Origin: Leidyana gryllorum EB-2025a | Lineage: Eukaryota > Protista > Apicomplexa | Length of the DNA stretch: 64,000 bases | Direction: 5' to 3' | NCBI GenBank assembly: GCA_048772705.1 | Contig: JBLWGC010000082.1 | Location: forward strand, 62,001-126,000 | Shown: one piece after another, positions 21,502 through 32,736 of the stretch | Numbering within the stretch: the first letter of the stretch is position 1 | Layout: the number at the start of each line of letters is the position of its first letter | Program-made: the position numbers and the translations under genes | The notes under the pieces: generated by a model | The model's input: only the letters and a program-made list of their open reading frames with translations | Told to the model about the DNA's origin: nothing | The model's database searches: none

Positions 21502-22173
21502 TCAATCCGCTTTTTCATTAACAGTGCGCACACGGTCGAAGGGGACGAATAACAGACCGATGGTACCGAGGAGATGACCAAAAAGCCCGAACGGTACCGA
21601 GGCAACTGGATAGGGCTGCAGAAAAGTCGCTTGCTATGTCTCTATCGGCTTTAATCATACCTTCCAAGGGCTTTTAGAATCAGTTAGCAGTTGTAGTAGA
21701 GGTATCTGGAAGGCGATAACTGAGCTTAGCAGTGGCAGTAGTAAGATATTGCGCGATCCAGTGTCCATCAAAGCCCTGTCCGACGAGTGTTGAAGCTACT
21801 GGGGGCAAACTCACTTCCAAACGGTGGGGCCATATACGGGTGTGAAGAAAAGAGCAACGCTGAGAACGTTCTGGGCTTCAATGGGTGCGGCTCCAAAGAC
21901 GAATTGGGCGGCATATATAGTGGCAAAGGTACTGAGTATGGCAGTAGCGAGTGAGACGGTTGTTCGAAGAACACTCAGGAGAGTTTCTCTATTGCGGTAA
22001 ACATGGCCCCATTTGAAGAAGCACTGGGCACAGGTGTTGAGAAGGGCAGCTTTCCAGAGGAAGCGGGGGACATCGGAAAGGTATGCTCGAGTACAGACGG
22101 CGATTGAGACTAGCCATCCGGCCGATATGACCAAATCTGTTACTATCCACAGCTTAGTGAAGGTTTGGCCCAT
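21502..22173 (-). CDS. PIG-F/GPI11-like GPI biosynthesis membrane protein (3 exons)
   Basis: Hydrophobic protein with a VFGAAP motif. After two short GT-AG introns it reads TDSKSPWKPYPVASVPFGLFGHLLG, resembling the PIG-F LDWDRPWQxWP..G..G motif. An alternative upstream ATG lies at 22224. Confidence 0.6.
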
Positions 22174-22231
22174 CAAAGGTTGCCTCCTGGGCAGCGCCTG
22201 CCCCTTTGGCCGGTATCGGAACATCAAAAAA

Positions 22232-24820
22232 ATGGTTGCAAGAAAGGTGGGGGCGAAGCGGCAAATCGAACCCCATCAACGCTCCAATACATTGAAGAGA
22301 GACCGCAACAAGAAGGAACTGGAGGATATCCGAAATAGAATCAAGCTGGAGCTGCCGCGTCAAGGCGAGCAATGGAACCCAAAAAAGGACATGGCTCCAT
22401 CGTCTTCTCAGGAAGGCGACCAGCAGCACCTTCTGACGGAGTATGAATTTAGTGACCTTCCGATTTCTGAGAAGTCGTTGAATTGTCTCCGGAAGAGTGG
22501 TCATACACATCTGACGAAGATACAGAAGGCCACAATTCCTCATATATTGGCAGAACGGGATGTTCTTGGCGAAGCGCCCACTGGCAGTGGCAAAACTCTG
22601 GCCTTTGTTGTGCCGGTGATAGAACTGTTGTGGCGGGAGCGTTGGTCATCGGACGACGGCGTTGGAGCGCTGATTCTCGCCCCAACACGGGAGCTGAGTC
22701 AGCAGATATTCGACGTCGTGGCTAAATTCGATCAACATGATTTCGGCGCAATGGTTTGCTATGGAGGAAAGAATATGAGAAAAGAGCAGCAACTCATCCG
22801 GAACGGGAGTATAATGATAGGCACTCCCGGACGAATCCGTGAGCATCTCGAGTCCACTGCCGGACTTATGGTCGAAAACCTCAAGATCGTTGTTCTTGAC
22901 GAAGCGGACAAGTTGGTCGAGTTGGGATTCCTTCCCGATTTTGAGGCTATCCTCGACGCTCTCCCCCCGATTGAGTCCCGACAGAATCTCATGTTCTCTG
23001 CTACGCTGCCGGCGAGTGTCCGACGCCTCGCCCGCACCTTTTGTCGTCAAGATGAGACCGAATATATTTCCGTCTGCAGTGACGGAGCGGCTCAGACGCC
23101 CAAACAGCTCAAACAGTCGTACTGTTTCGTCAAACTCCAGGACAAATTGGATGTCCTCTTCTCTTTCCTCTGCAAAAACTTCCGCATGAAGATCATCGTG
23201 TTCGTCTCCACCGCTAAACAGTGCAGATTCATCTATGAGACATTCAAGACCTTCAAGACGGGCGCGCGACTCCTCGAAGCACACGGCGGGCAGGATATGT
23301 CCAAGCGGATCGCCAACTATGACGAATTCCACAAGAGAAAGACTGCTATCACTCTGATCTCGACTGATCTCGTTGGAAGAGGGGTCGACTTCCCGAATGT
23401 CGATTGGGTCGTACAGTTGGATGCACCACCTGACGTTGAGAGTTATGTCCACAGAATTGGGCGAACTGCTCGAGGGACCCAAGCTGTCGGCCACAGTGTC
23501 CTCTTTCTGCTTCCCTCCGAAGCCGAGTTTGTGAAGCGGCTCAAGGAACGTCATATTGAGATCAATCAGGTCAAAATCAAGCCCAATGCGGCCTTCTCAG
23601 TCTCAGGACGGCTTGGAGCCCTTTGTGCCAGAGAGTAAGTCAATGGTACTCTTCTTAAGCTCTTTCACCACTTTCGATCCTCAGACATGACATCCGCCAT
23701 CTGGGAGTCAGAGCCTTCCAAACCTATGTCAAGTCACTCACACTCATAGCCGATAAGAGGGTGGTGCAGTTGTCCAAGATTTTGGAGGACGCCGACGCTT
23801 TTGCGCAGAGCTTCGGTTTGCCCGATACCCCTTCGCTCGACTTTCTGCCGGAGAAGCTGACCAAAGGTCTCAGTAATGGCAAAAAGTCAGAATCTGTCGC
23901 CGTCGCGGAGACAGAGGGAAGTGAAGGAGACGAAGAGGGCCCACTGGGCGGCGTTGTTGCGGACAGACAGTCGAAAGCTATGAAGAATATGTCGAAACTC
24001 GACAGACTTAAGGAAAAGATCGCCGCAAGGGGAGCCCTCGACAAGAACGTGATGGACGATGAAGAGGATCTCAAGACGTCTCTGTCACGTCGCGAGCGGC
24101 AACAATTGAAGATTATGCAGATGAGAGCGAAGAAAAAACAGCAGTTGGCTGCTCCCAGGGAAGGGGGAGTTACAGTGACTGTGTCGGAACCCGGTCTGGA
24201 AGACCCCGACCTCTTAGTGCAGAACGAAGAGGGTGGAACAGATAAGGTCGAGATCCAACCTGAGGGCGACTGGCGAGACAACGAAGCAGTCCGAAAAGCT
24301 CTGAAGAAACAACGTTTGGTGATCCGTGCCGACGGTACGGCGAAACTGAAGGGAGCAGCGAAACGTAAGTGGCAAAGCGGTGCAGTGCTGTGACTAATAA
24401 CTGTCCGTAGTGGTGCCAACCCAGCACGTGTTTTTTGACTCGGATGACGAGGCGCTGGACGCCAGCACGTTCGCTGGCGTGGTGGCGAGTATGCGCGAAT
24501 CGAAAGGGGACGACCGTAGCAGCAGCAGCAGCAGTGACGATGAATTTGCAGGCCTTAGCCAGCGTGAACGGTTCATCCGGAAGGCCCAGAAGAGGGCAGA
24601 AGAGAGCAAAAGAGCAATCAAAGAAAAGGAACGAGAGGAGAAGCGTCAGCGACGGAAGGACGCGGCATCAAAACGTGCGCGGCCAGAAGTCTCTGAGGCG
24701 GAGGACTCGAGCGATGAGCCCATTACTAAAAGGCCTCGAGGATCTGCACCCGAGAGGTTAGAAACCATCGCTGAGCTCGAAGCAGCAGCTCTGGCCAAAC
24801 TTCAGCAGCAGGCTTGTTAG
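22232..24820 (+). CDS. DDX10: DEAD-box RNA helicase DDX10/DBP4 (multi-exon)
   Basis: Q motif, APTGSGKTLAF, WSSDDGVGALILAPTRELS, DEAD, SAT, RGVDFPNVDWVVQLDAP, HRIGRTAR, and a charged C-terminal tail. Confidence 0.88.
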
Positions 24821-25079
24821 GATAGATTGTCTAACATCTGCTTTCTTTCGTTATTCATTACCTCTCGAACCTTCGTTACTTCTGCCCGCAATCTGCAGTC
24901 TACTTCCTGTTGTCCTTGGGCATACATTGCGCGCGACTTGTGGGTCTGGGCAGCAATACAAAGTCTGCTAGCGGATGCGTCATCGCTTGTGTATATAAGT
25001 AAAGTCGTCAATAGCTTGGCGATGGAAACGGAATAAGGCAATGGGCACAAACAAACATGCACGCACAGTGAGGGTTTAT

Positions 25080-26153
25080 TTATGCGGAAGGTAGAGGGGA
25101 TGTTTTCCATTGACAAAGGGCCACAAACGGGTCGGGAGCTGAGAGGCACAATTCCTGTGAAGGAGCTGGTGGCCTACCACCACCACCTTGCCATTCGCCG
25201 GGGATACGAAGGATTAGAAGGGCCGAATGGAGATGTAAACGATAGGTTGCTTTTGTGGCAGCGACCCAGGCCTGGGGGAAGGGGGGAGCGGTGTGGGATT
25301 CTTTGCGAGGGACACCATATGCCAGATCCCCCAGTATAGGGTGCCCAATAGCTGCGCTTGTGATTCGGAGTTGGTGCCGTCTACCCGTGAGGGGATGGTA
25401 ACGCACGTGTGTGACAGGGACGGGTGGATAGTCTGGGTGGGGACTGACATGGCCATAGGCCAAGATAGATAGATGGGTTGTGCAGCGTTTGGCTTTTGGG
25501 TCATTCGACACGTCCATGTGAAAGCCAAGTGTATTGATGATGCCAGTCTCGATTTCCAAGGTATAAGGGTCTGGGGCGGGCGATACTTTGACAGGGAACT
25601 CAGTAAAGCTGGCCACCAGCGTCGAGGGATGTAGATGTCCCAAAAGAACGGCAGCATACTCTTTGCGCACGGTGCGATTCATAAACTGTTTTCCAGCGTA
25701 GGCGCAGGCCCGGCGATCTTTGGCCAAGAGCAGAACCCCAGAAGTGGCATAGTCTGAGTGGTGCGTGACCGGCAATAGAGTTTAGCGTTTACCTAATTGG
25801 TGACAGAAGCGAATTTTGTTATCGGAGCTTGGACGCGTGGCAGTTATCCATTCAGCAACCGTGAGCTCGTTGGGGAAGTTTGCTTGATCTCCACATCTGC
25901 GGTCGATCGCCAAGTCAAACGGTTTATTAATCGCGACGAAGCGAGAGTCTTCGTAGAGCAGTTGGAGGGTACAGTGGAGGAAAGTGGGGAAGCGGTTGAG
26001 GAAGTCCACATCGTCAGCCTCGGTTTGTGTGGCCGGATTGCGATTGAATATGAGCTGGTCGAGTCTGAAAGTGAGAGCCTGAGAGGAAAGGATTTCGGAG
26101 GGTGGTGGTGGAAAGGCCTGAAGCAAGGCGGTGGCAGCGTCAGCTAGTTCCAT
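25080..26153 (-). CDS. RluA-family pseudouridine synthase (RPUSD1-like), 2 exons
   Basis: LLYEDSRFVAINKP; HQL|DYATSG spanning a roughly 39-nt intron; TGRRHQLR; GHPILGDLAYG; LHLHS. Confidence 0.88.
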
Positions 26154-26249
26154 TTAAGAAAATCTTTTGCAGTCCCCAGATTGATATAGAAACCAGTATG
26201 AAGTTCTGAGGATTGGTTGACTCTCACTGGATATAAGAAGTTTCGGCCG

Positions 26250-26843
26250 ATGACTAACGAGCCTCTGGTAGACGATGTGAGAAGGAATGCGACTACAATT
26301 GACCTGCGAGACTGGCCTGGACATCTGCCCCTACCCTCAAGTTTTGTAGCGGCTGCCGTGTCTTCGACGACTACTAGTCCGACCAGTTACAACAAACAGC
26401 AGGATGAGTCAACGGACGTTGGACAAACTTTTACCTGGACTGCTCCGTCGCTATATAGCAGCGGCGGGTCACCTGCTGTCTCACACTCGCGTCGTCAACC
26501 AGGTCCCTCGCTGATTGGCAGCGTACCACAAGACAGAATACAAACTTGGCGAGTGGAAGATTACTCGCCCATACCCATTTTCATTCTGACTCTCGCGGCA
26601 ATATTGGTTTGTGCGCTCGGAAATATAGTGTGGCCGGTGAACCCTCTTGTTGCTTCCGCGGCTAGTGCCACCGTGGTTCTCGAAGCGCCACTCTTCGAGC
26701 CTGTCGCTCACACTGCCATCAGCAGAGCCCCCTCCCCTTCCATCACAGACAGTGGGAGAGTTTATCCCCCCTCCCTCGGTATCACAGTTCTGCTTATTGG
26801 AGCTCTGCTTCTCCTACTCCCCCGATCGAAACCTGCTTCATAG
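26250..26843 (+). CDS. Hypothetical membrane protein with two hydrophobic segments
   Basis: About 197-aa ORF, S/T-rich. Hydrophobic segments IPIFILTLAAILVCALG and LGITVLLIGALLLLLP. No recognisable family. Confidence 0.5.
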   Translation: MTNEPLVDDVRRNATTIDLRDWPGHLPLPSSFVAAAVSSTTTSPTSYNKQQDESTDVGQTFTWTAPSLYSSGGSPAVSHSRRQPGPSLIGSVPQDRIQTWRVEDYSPIPIFILTLAAILVCALGNIVWPVNPLVASAASATVVLEAPLFEPVAHTAISRAPSPSITDSGRVYPPSLGITVLLIGALLLLLPRSKPAS

Positions 26844-26956
26844 CCTGATTTTTCCGTGTGGCTTTCTTCGTCGCCTCTGCTGCTGCTGCTGCATGTTGGT
26901 ACCCGATGGATGATTTGGCTTACTCCCTCCATTGGTTCTCAACTAACTACTAACTA

Positions 26957-28652
26957 TTACCTACACTTCCGCGTTACCGCCCTCCGACCCCGTCTCGTCC
27001 ACATTCCAAGTCGCTCCCAAGGGCATCTCAATATCGATCGTGAAGTCGTAGTTGATCGTCGGTACAACAGAAGACACCATCTTCAACAAGACAAACAACG
27101 CCAAGTCATGCCTGCAATATCGCCAAACTTCCAATCAGACGCTTTCAATTTGGACATGTCGCCAACATTCACCAAACAAGGGGCCACAATCCATATATCA
27201 AAGGCACGCTGAAATCAACCCATATTTGCCTGAGTCCCTCAGATTGACGACTCAAGCGAGGTCAAGTCAACCAGACGAACCGTCAAACGTAGTTTCTGGC
27301 CAGATTTGGGTGTATATCATATGGTGTGCTCTGATGATGCCAGTCTTCTGCATCCCTTCTTATAAATGTTTGCAGTCGAGATCAAACACTGTCCAAGGGC
27401 TCAATCCTGGTGTCTCAACTCCGCAAGAGTCGTCAGATCTCTTCATCCAATAAAGCCGGAACATTCCCCAATCTGGTTTCACACACCACACACGCCATAC
27501 ACGCAACGAGACACGGACGCCCATTTACCCACCTGGGTTGCATTCCTGATTTTAGCCAGTTCTGCGCCACAGCACGCATTACCGAGGCGTGTCTGAAGCC
27601 GGTTGATTGGGGTTTACAGTGATAAACTCACTTGCAAGGATGAACCGACACAGTGGGTACCCCGGTGAACGGGTGTGGATCAACAGTTACAGTTTTCAAT
27701 AGATAGTCTGTGTGAATGTCTTCGAAGACAGCTTCAGCTCTCAGCGGGACGCCACTCTGTTGACACTTGAGTGACGAAGAAGTGCTCATCATGAGTTTCT
27801 CACCTCGTCATAACCGAAGAGCCACAGTCTAGGTGATTGATAATACTTGTCGTAGGTAATGCTGAGATCATAGCTGCGTGTTGGAACGAGCGGTCCCGCT
27901 CGTTTGCCGCGTTCACGGCGACTACTGGAGGATTCGGGAGGTTGACCAACTAGGGTGAAGTCGTCTTCCACGACGGCACTTTTGAGAGGGGGGTTGGGTG
28001 GCAGGGCTCCAAGCGTGAGTTGACTATTGCCTCTGCTAAGAATGTCTGCGAGGCGGCGATGGGGTTGATCTTGAAGGCTAACAGCAACTTCTACAAAGTC
28101 GTCTCCGCCATCAGCTGGAGTTTCAGAGGTGTTCTCAGCCTCTGGGAGGGGAGCACTCTCGTCCCCTTCGTCATCCGATTCATCATCGGCAGAGCTTTCA
28201 CTAGATTCAATATCATGTTGTACAGCGACTTCTGAGCCATCTGCAGTTCGAACTCGGCACTCGCGGCGCTTGGCGCTCGCGGTTCTGCTGGACATACGAG
28301 CATTGCTAGGAGGTGGGGCGGACGGTTGGGGGCCAGGTACGAGCCAGCCTTCGGCTGTCATTTGGGCTTGTTTGCAGAAGGACTTATCCCAGTCGACGAC
28401 ACGATGTCGACATGGGATGTTTCGGGTGAGAAGGTACTGTTTAGTGCTGGGCAGCCAGAAAACTTGATGTTTACGGTTGGAGCACCCTTGCCATTGCCAC
28501 GTAGGGCATTGGAATACGAGCTGATCTCCGGCTTCGACAAACTCACCAGGGGTCAGAACACCCTTAGTGACAAACTGACTCTCCGTAGGTACTCTCCCCA
28601 GCCATCCAACTACGTTCCGGAACTGGTCGGCTAAACGGTGCGCTCGGTTCAT
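26957..28652 (-). CDS. ATG3: Autophagy E2-like enzyme ATG3 (multi-exon)
   Basis: [56 protein letters not shown], catalytic SVHPC, last exon [20 protein letters not shown]. Confidence 0.93.
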
Positions 28653-28705
28653 AACGACACACTTTTTATTTCATTTGATTCTTCTTCAAGGCCACGCGGA
28701 CGACT

Positions 28706-30347
28706 ATGACAGACATCCGGTTCCCTTTCCATCAGTTCCCGCCCCTCAAGCACGTCATTGCGTACGGATCATCTTTTCTACCACCCACCAAAGCTGCTCG
28801 AGTTCTGCCCTCTTTGCCCGACTTTATCCTGGTCATTGATGAGGCCCGACACACGCCTGCTTCGTGGCACTTGGAGAACCGTACACGCAACCCCCAACAC
28901 TACCCGGTTGTAGTTCGCAAGGCCCTGGGGCCCACTCAGCTCTCTTATCTCCAAGCGATGGCTCCTGCTGCCTATTTCTCGCCTCTAGCCGTTATGGGCT
29001 TCCCCACCGATCACGGAGACGTCACCAAAGTGAGGCTGTTATATTCATCCCAGTCACACCCCCACCCGGCAGATGACCAAATATATGGTCACCACTCAAT
29101 CCGCAATGGAACGAGACTTGGAGGAGTGGAACGATTTCTATTTCGCTGGTCGTCTTCAGAAGCCCGTGAGTCAGTCTCTCCTCCGCGTCTCCACCAAACC
29201 CATTTTTCCCTCCCATTCGCAGTCTCTGGTGATTACACCCGAAGGCAATGGACGGATCGAGGGCGAAGGCACGAATTTCGCTCATGAAGCTCACGATCGT
29301 CTTGGGGAACTGGTCAACTTGAATGCGCTAAATGCCGTAAGGACCCGACCACCGGTTTTGTTCACCATCAAACTCTCCAGTTGCGACTGTCCCTTTTCTT
29401 CTCGGGGCCGAATCTCTCTTTTCGCGATCTCCTCCGGACGACTGCGAGTCTGTCTTATCTCGGTGACTCGAGATGTCGAATTGTTGACGAGGGCATCCGG
29501 GCCCGGGGCGGGGTGAACCATCATCTGCTCTCCTTCTTGCACCTCTACGCTCCTCAAATTCCACGGCTCCGTGACACTTGGACTCTGAGACTGGAGGAAG
29601 GCGACGACGACATTCTGAAGGGACGCTATGTTCCGGAACAATACGGTCGTCGGGTTCCGTCACTGCCCAGCCCCGATGCCCCTCCCGATGCCCTAAAATT
29701 CGATCTCGCCTTCAAAGACCCTAATGACGAGAAACTGATACTCGACCTCTTGGCCCAGACTGCTGGGCCGCTTCGCGACGTAAGTGTCCACTGTCTTTCA
29801 TCATCTCTCGCCGTTGCTCTGCAGCATATGAGACGTACCTATGCTCAACGTCTCTTGAACGAACCAAGAGCTCTCGTGCCTCCCCGAGTTGTGCAGGAGG
29901 CTCTCAAAGAGCTGAATTCGAGACAACTACTTTTGGAACAGTCATTCTCAAGTGAAGCGCACTGCTCACTATTCCATCGACTACCACAAGCGTTACAGAA
30001 CCGCGCCGGCAGTAAGTGTGTTTACGGTGTAAGTATAGATTGGATTGGTGGAATTGTAGATGCATCTGCGCGCGCGCGTCTGAACCGGGTTTTCAACCCA
30101 TTCTACATGCTGGACTCCGCCCGTGATCGCGAAATTCTCGGAGGACCTCTTCCATGGGAGAGCACCTGTGTCGAGACGGGTCTCAAGGTGAGAGCATGGG
30201 AGTGTGTCGGTGGCAACATTTATTTCGAACCAGCGCCTTATTGGCCGCAGCTCGCGCAGAGCGTGTGTCAAGGGTTTGATCATGGCGGGCCCCACTAGAG
30301 CAGGCCTGTATTCGTTCCAGAAGTACTGTGGTCATCTCACTGGATGA
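28706..30347 (+). CDS. TAM41: Mitochondrial phosphatidate cytidylyltransferase TAM41/Mmp37 (multi-exon)
   Basis: IAYGS, DFILVI, WHLEN..RNPQHY, DLEEWNDFYFAGRLQKPV, LSYLGDSR, and C-terminal SSRRACVKGLIMAG. Confidence 0.88.
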
Positions 30348-30348
30348 A

Positions 30349-32233
30349 CTAATATATTTTTCGGGGTGCTAAAGAGATTTTCAACACTTGGATCTGCTGC
30401 TTGATCCTTTCAATCTCATCGTGATGACTCTCAGCCATTGCCACCAGCTCTTGGATGGCACTCTGTTTTGGCCCTGAACTCAATGGTGACGCTGCAGGAC
30501 CGCTCTTCTCCCGCTGCTCTGTAGCAGGTAGTGGGTCGGTCAGTTGTGGGGTACTCAAACCCGCCAATGCAGTCTTCAATCGCTCCTTTATAGCCGGCAG
30601 CTGGCTGGAGAGACTATTTTGGGGACTACTTATATGTCGACTCAATCGATCGTACTCTTGCTCCACTTGGGACTGAATTCACATTGTATGTGTGTGTGTT
30701 CTTGTTCAATGGGTGCCACACTTACGATTTCTGTATCATCGGCTTCGAAATTCTGTGCGCGTACAGCCAACTCGTCCAGTGCTCCGATCAGTCGTATCAG
30801 TCTGTGTGTCATGTGCACTTGCCGTTCCCGGATGACCTCCAGCTACAAAGGAATCATCAAGTTCGATGGCGCAGGGGTGTCTCGCTTTTTGCTTACCCGT
30901 GATAATGCCTTGGCCTGGAACTCGTCGTGCGCCTTCTTTTGGCGCTCCTGTAGCTCGTTCAAGGAGCTGGCGAAATGCTGAAAGAAGACTGATTGCTCTT
31001 GAACCCGTCCCTGAAGCCCAGCGAAGCCATGCAGGGCGACAGTGTAATAACTGGAGGCGAAACGGATTTGATAATGGGACGGGCCCAGCGAGCGATCAGG
31101 CGGCCTTACTGTGTACGTGGTTCGGGACAACTCTTCTTTTCCCTCATCAGCTTTTGCATCGCAACCGGGCCGAATGCTGTGGTTTGTTCATCGCATAACT
31201 GTTGCATTCGTGCAGCCACGTCCGCCGTAGGCGCTCTTGAGAAGGCGAAGCATATCATCTCAGGGTCTTTGGTCCGATTGACCAAATCATTTATTCTTCC
31301 GACGATGTGCACAACCAATTGGAACGTCCGCAGATTGGGGTTCCCGATTCGGGGGAGCAGCAGTCTTAAAATCTCGGGTAGACCACTGGGGTCTACTCCG
31401 TGGGACATCAACTGTTGTTTAAATAGGTCCAGCTGTTGCGACGGAGTGAGGGTCTTCAATTCAACTCCAAAGGGTGTTGTGACGGCAGGGACAACGCCCT
31501 GTTGCTGAAGGTACCCTCCAGACATACCTTCTGAAGGACGCAGGAGCATGAAAAGCGTCAGCAAATTTCGTCAAGCTTACGAAGTCCAGAACCGAGTTGA
31601 CCTCCTTGCATTCCATACATAGGATTTGTATTAAAGGGAGCTGTAAAGAGAGAGTTGGAGAACATCAACTTAGACACCCTGTTGAGTACCTGTTGGCTGA
31701 GCATTGCCGCCCATCATTCCGTTTCCGTACATCCCTCCATACGTTGGGCCATTGCCGCCACTCATCCCTGAACCACCGAAACCTCCTGAGCCGAAACCAG
31801 TGTTTCCCCCTCCTTGCGCTGTTGCATTGGCAACGGGGGGCCCTCCCACAGTGCCAAATAGACGTCCAGGAGTTGTAGCCATCTGTTGTTGTTGTTGTTG
31901 CTGTTGCTGCTGCTGCTGTTGCTGCTGCTGCTGCAACTGGTTGCCAAACATATTGTTGGCGCCGGCGGCCATACCGGCACCCGGCTGAGCGTTGGTAGAA
32001 CCGAATAGTGACGGTTGTGTGATGCCGGTGGTATTGTTAGTGGCACCAAAGAGAGAGTTGGTCGGAGCCGCGGGAGCTGTAGAGCCAAAGAGGCCCCCCA
32101 TCGGTTTATTCATGGTGGAGCCAAAGAGGCCGCCTGTGAGAGGATTAGCAGCGAGTCCTGGACTGCTGCTGAGCTTACCGGAGGCAGCATTCTGCTGCGT
32201 GTTGCCGAAAATACTCCCAGTTGTACCTTGCAT
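30349..32233 (-). CDS. NUP54: FG nucleoporin, Nup54/Nup57-like (multi-exon)
   Basis: N-terminal GGLFG/SLFG repeats and poly-Q. VALHGFAGLQGRVQEQ resembles the Nup54 GFxxLxxRxxxQ motif, followed by coiled-coil segments. Confidence 0.7.
31883..31936 (-). repeat. Coding CAG/CAA microsatellite (poly-Q)
   Basis: (tgt/tgc)n on the + strand encoding about 17 Gln in the nucleoporin. Confidence 0.9.
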
Positions 32234-32328
32234 GGCCAGCAAGTGTGCGGGAGTATATATTTTGGCCGTGTGGCTACACACCTAAGATGAAGGACGAGTG
32301 AGAAGTGAATATTTGCGGGGTATTTGGG

Positions 32329-32711
32329 ATGCAACAATCGGCCTGGCTGGCTGGGGTTTTTCTGTGGGGACTTGCGCTCGCCCAAGACAGTAAGTGACCC
32401 CTTCTCTCACAACGACCCGACTCCCATCTACAAACTCTGTCTCAGACGGTAGCGACGTGGACTCGAATGCAGATCCAGTTCCCGACACCGAAGAGTATGA
32501 CAACACTGTATGGGTAGCGATCGCATACGGAGCCGTGGGCCTGTGGGTATTGCTGGTCATCGGCGTGTTGATCATGTACTTTCGAAGTAATCGGCATGGA
32601 AAGACTGTTCGGGCAACTGGACATGAGTCAACGTTCGTTGTACCTGCCTCTGTCGAGGACCCGTTCGAAGGATGGGATGCTGAGCGCAGCCCAAGAGCTA
32701 ATCGCAGATAG
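32329..32711 (+). CDS. Small type I membrane protein (2 exons)
   Basis: MQQSAWLAGVFLWGLALAQD signal peptide, GTAAGT..CTCAG intron, acidic ectodomain, TM VWVAIAYGAVGLWVLLVIGVLIMYF, cytosolic tail. Confidence 0.7.
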
Positions 32712-32736
32712 TGCTCTTTTATAGATTTCTTTCTCT

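Noticed and set aside
24817-25079. Short minus-strand ORF overlapping the DDX10 stop
   Set aside because: No convincing start, splice link or homology; cannot be supported.
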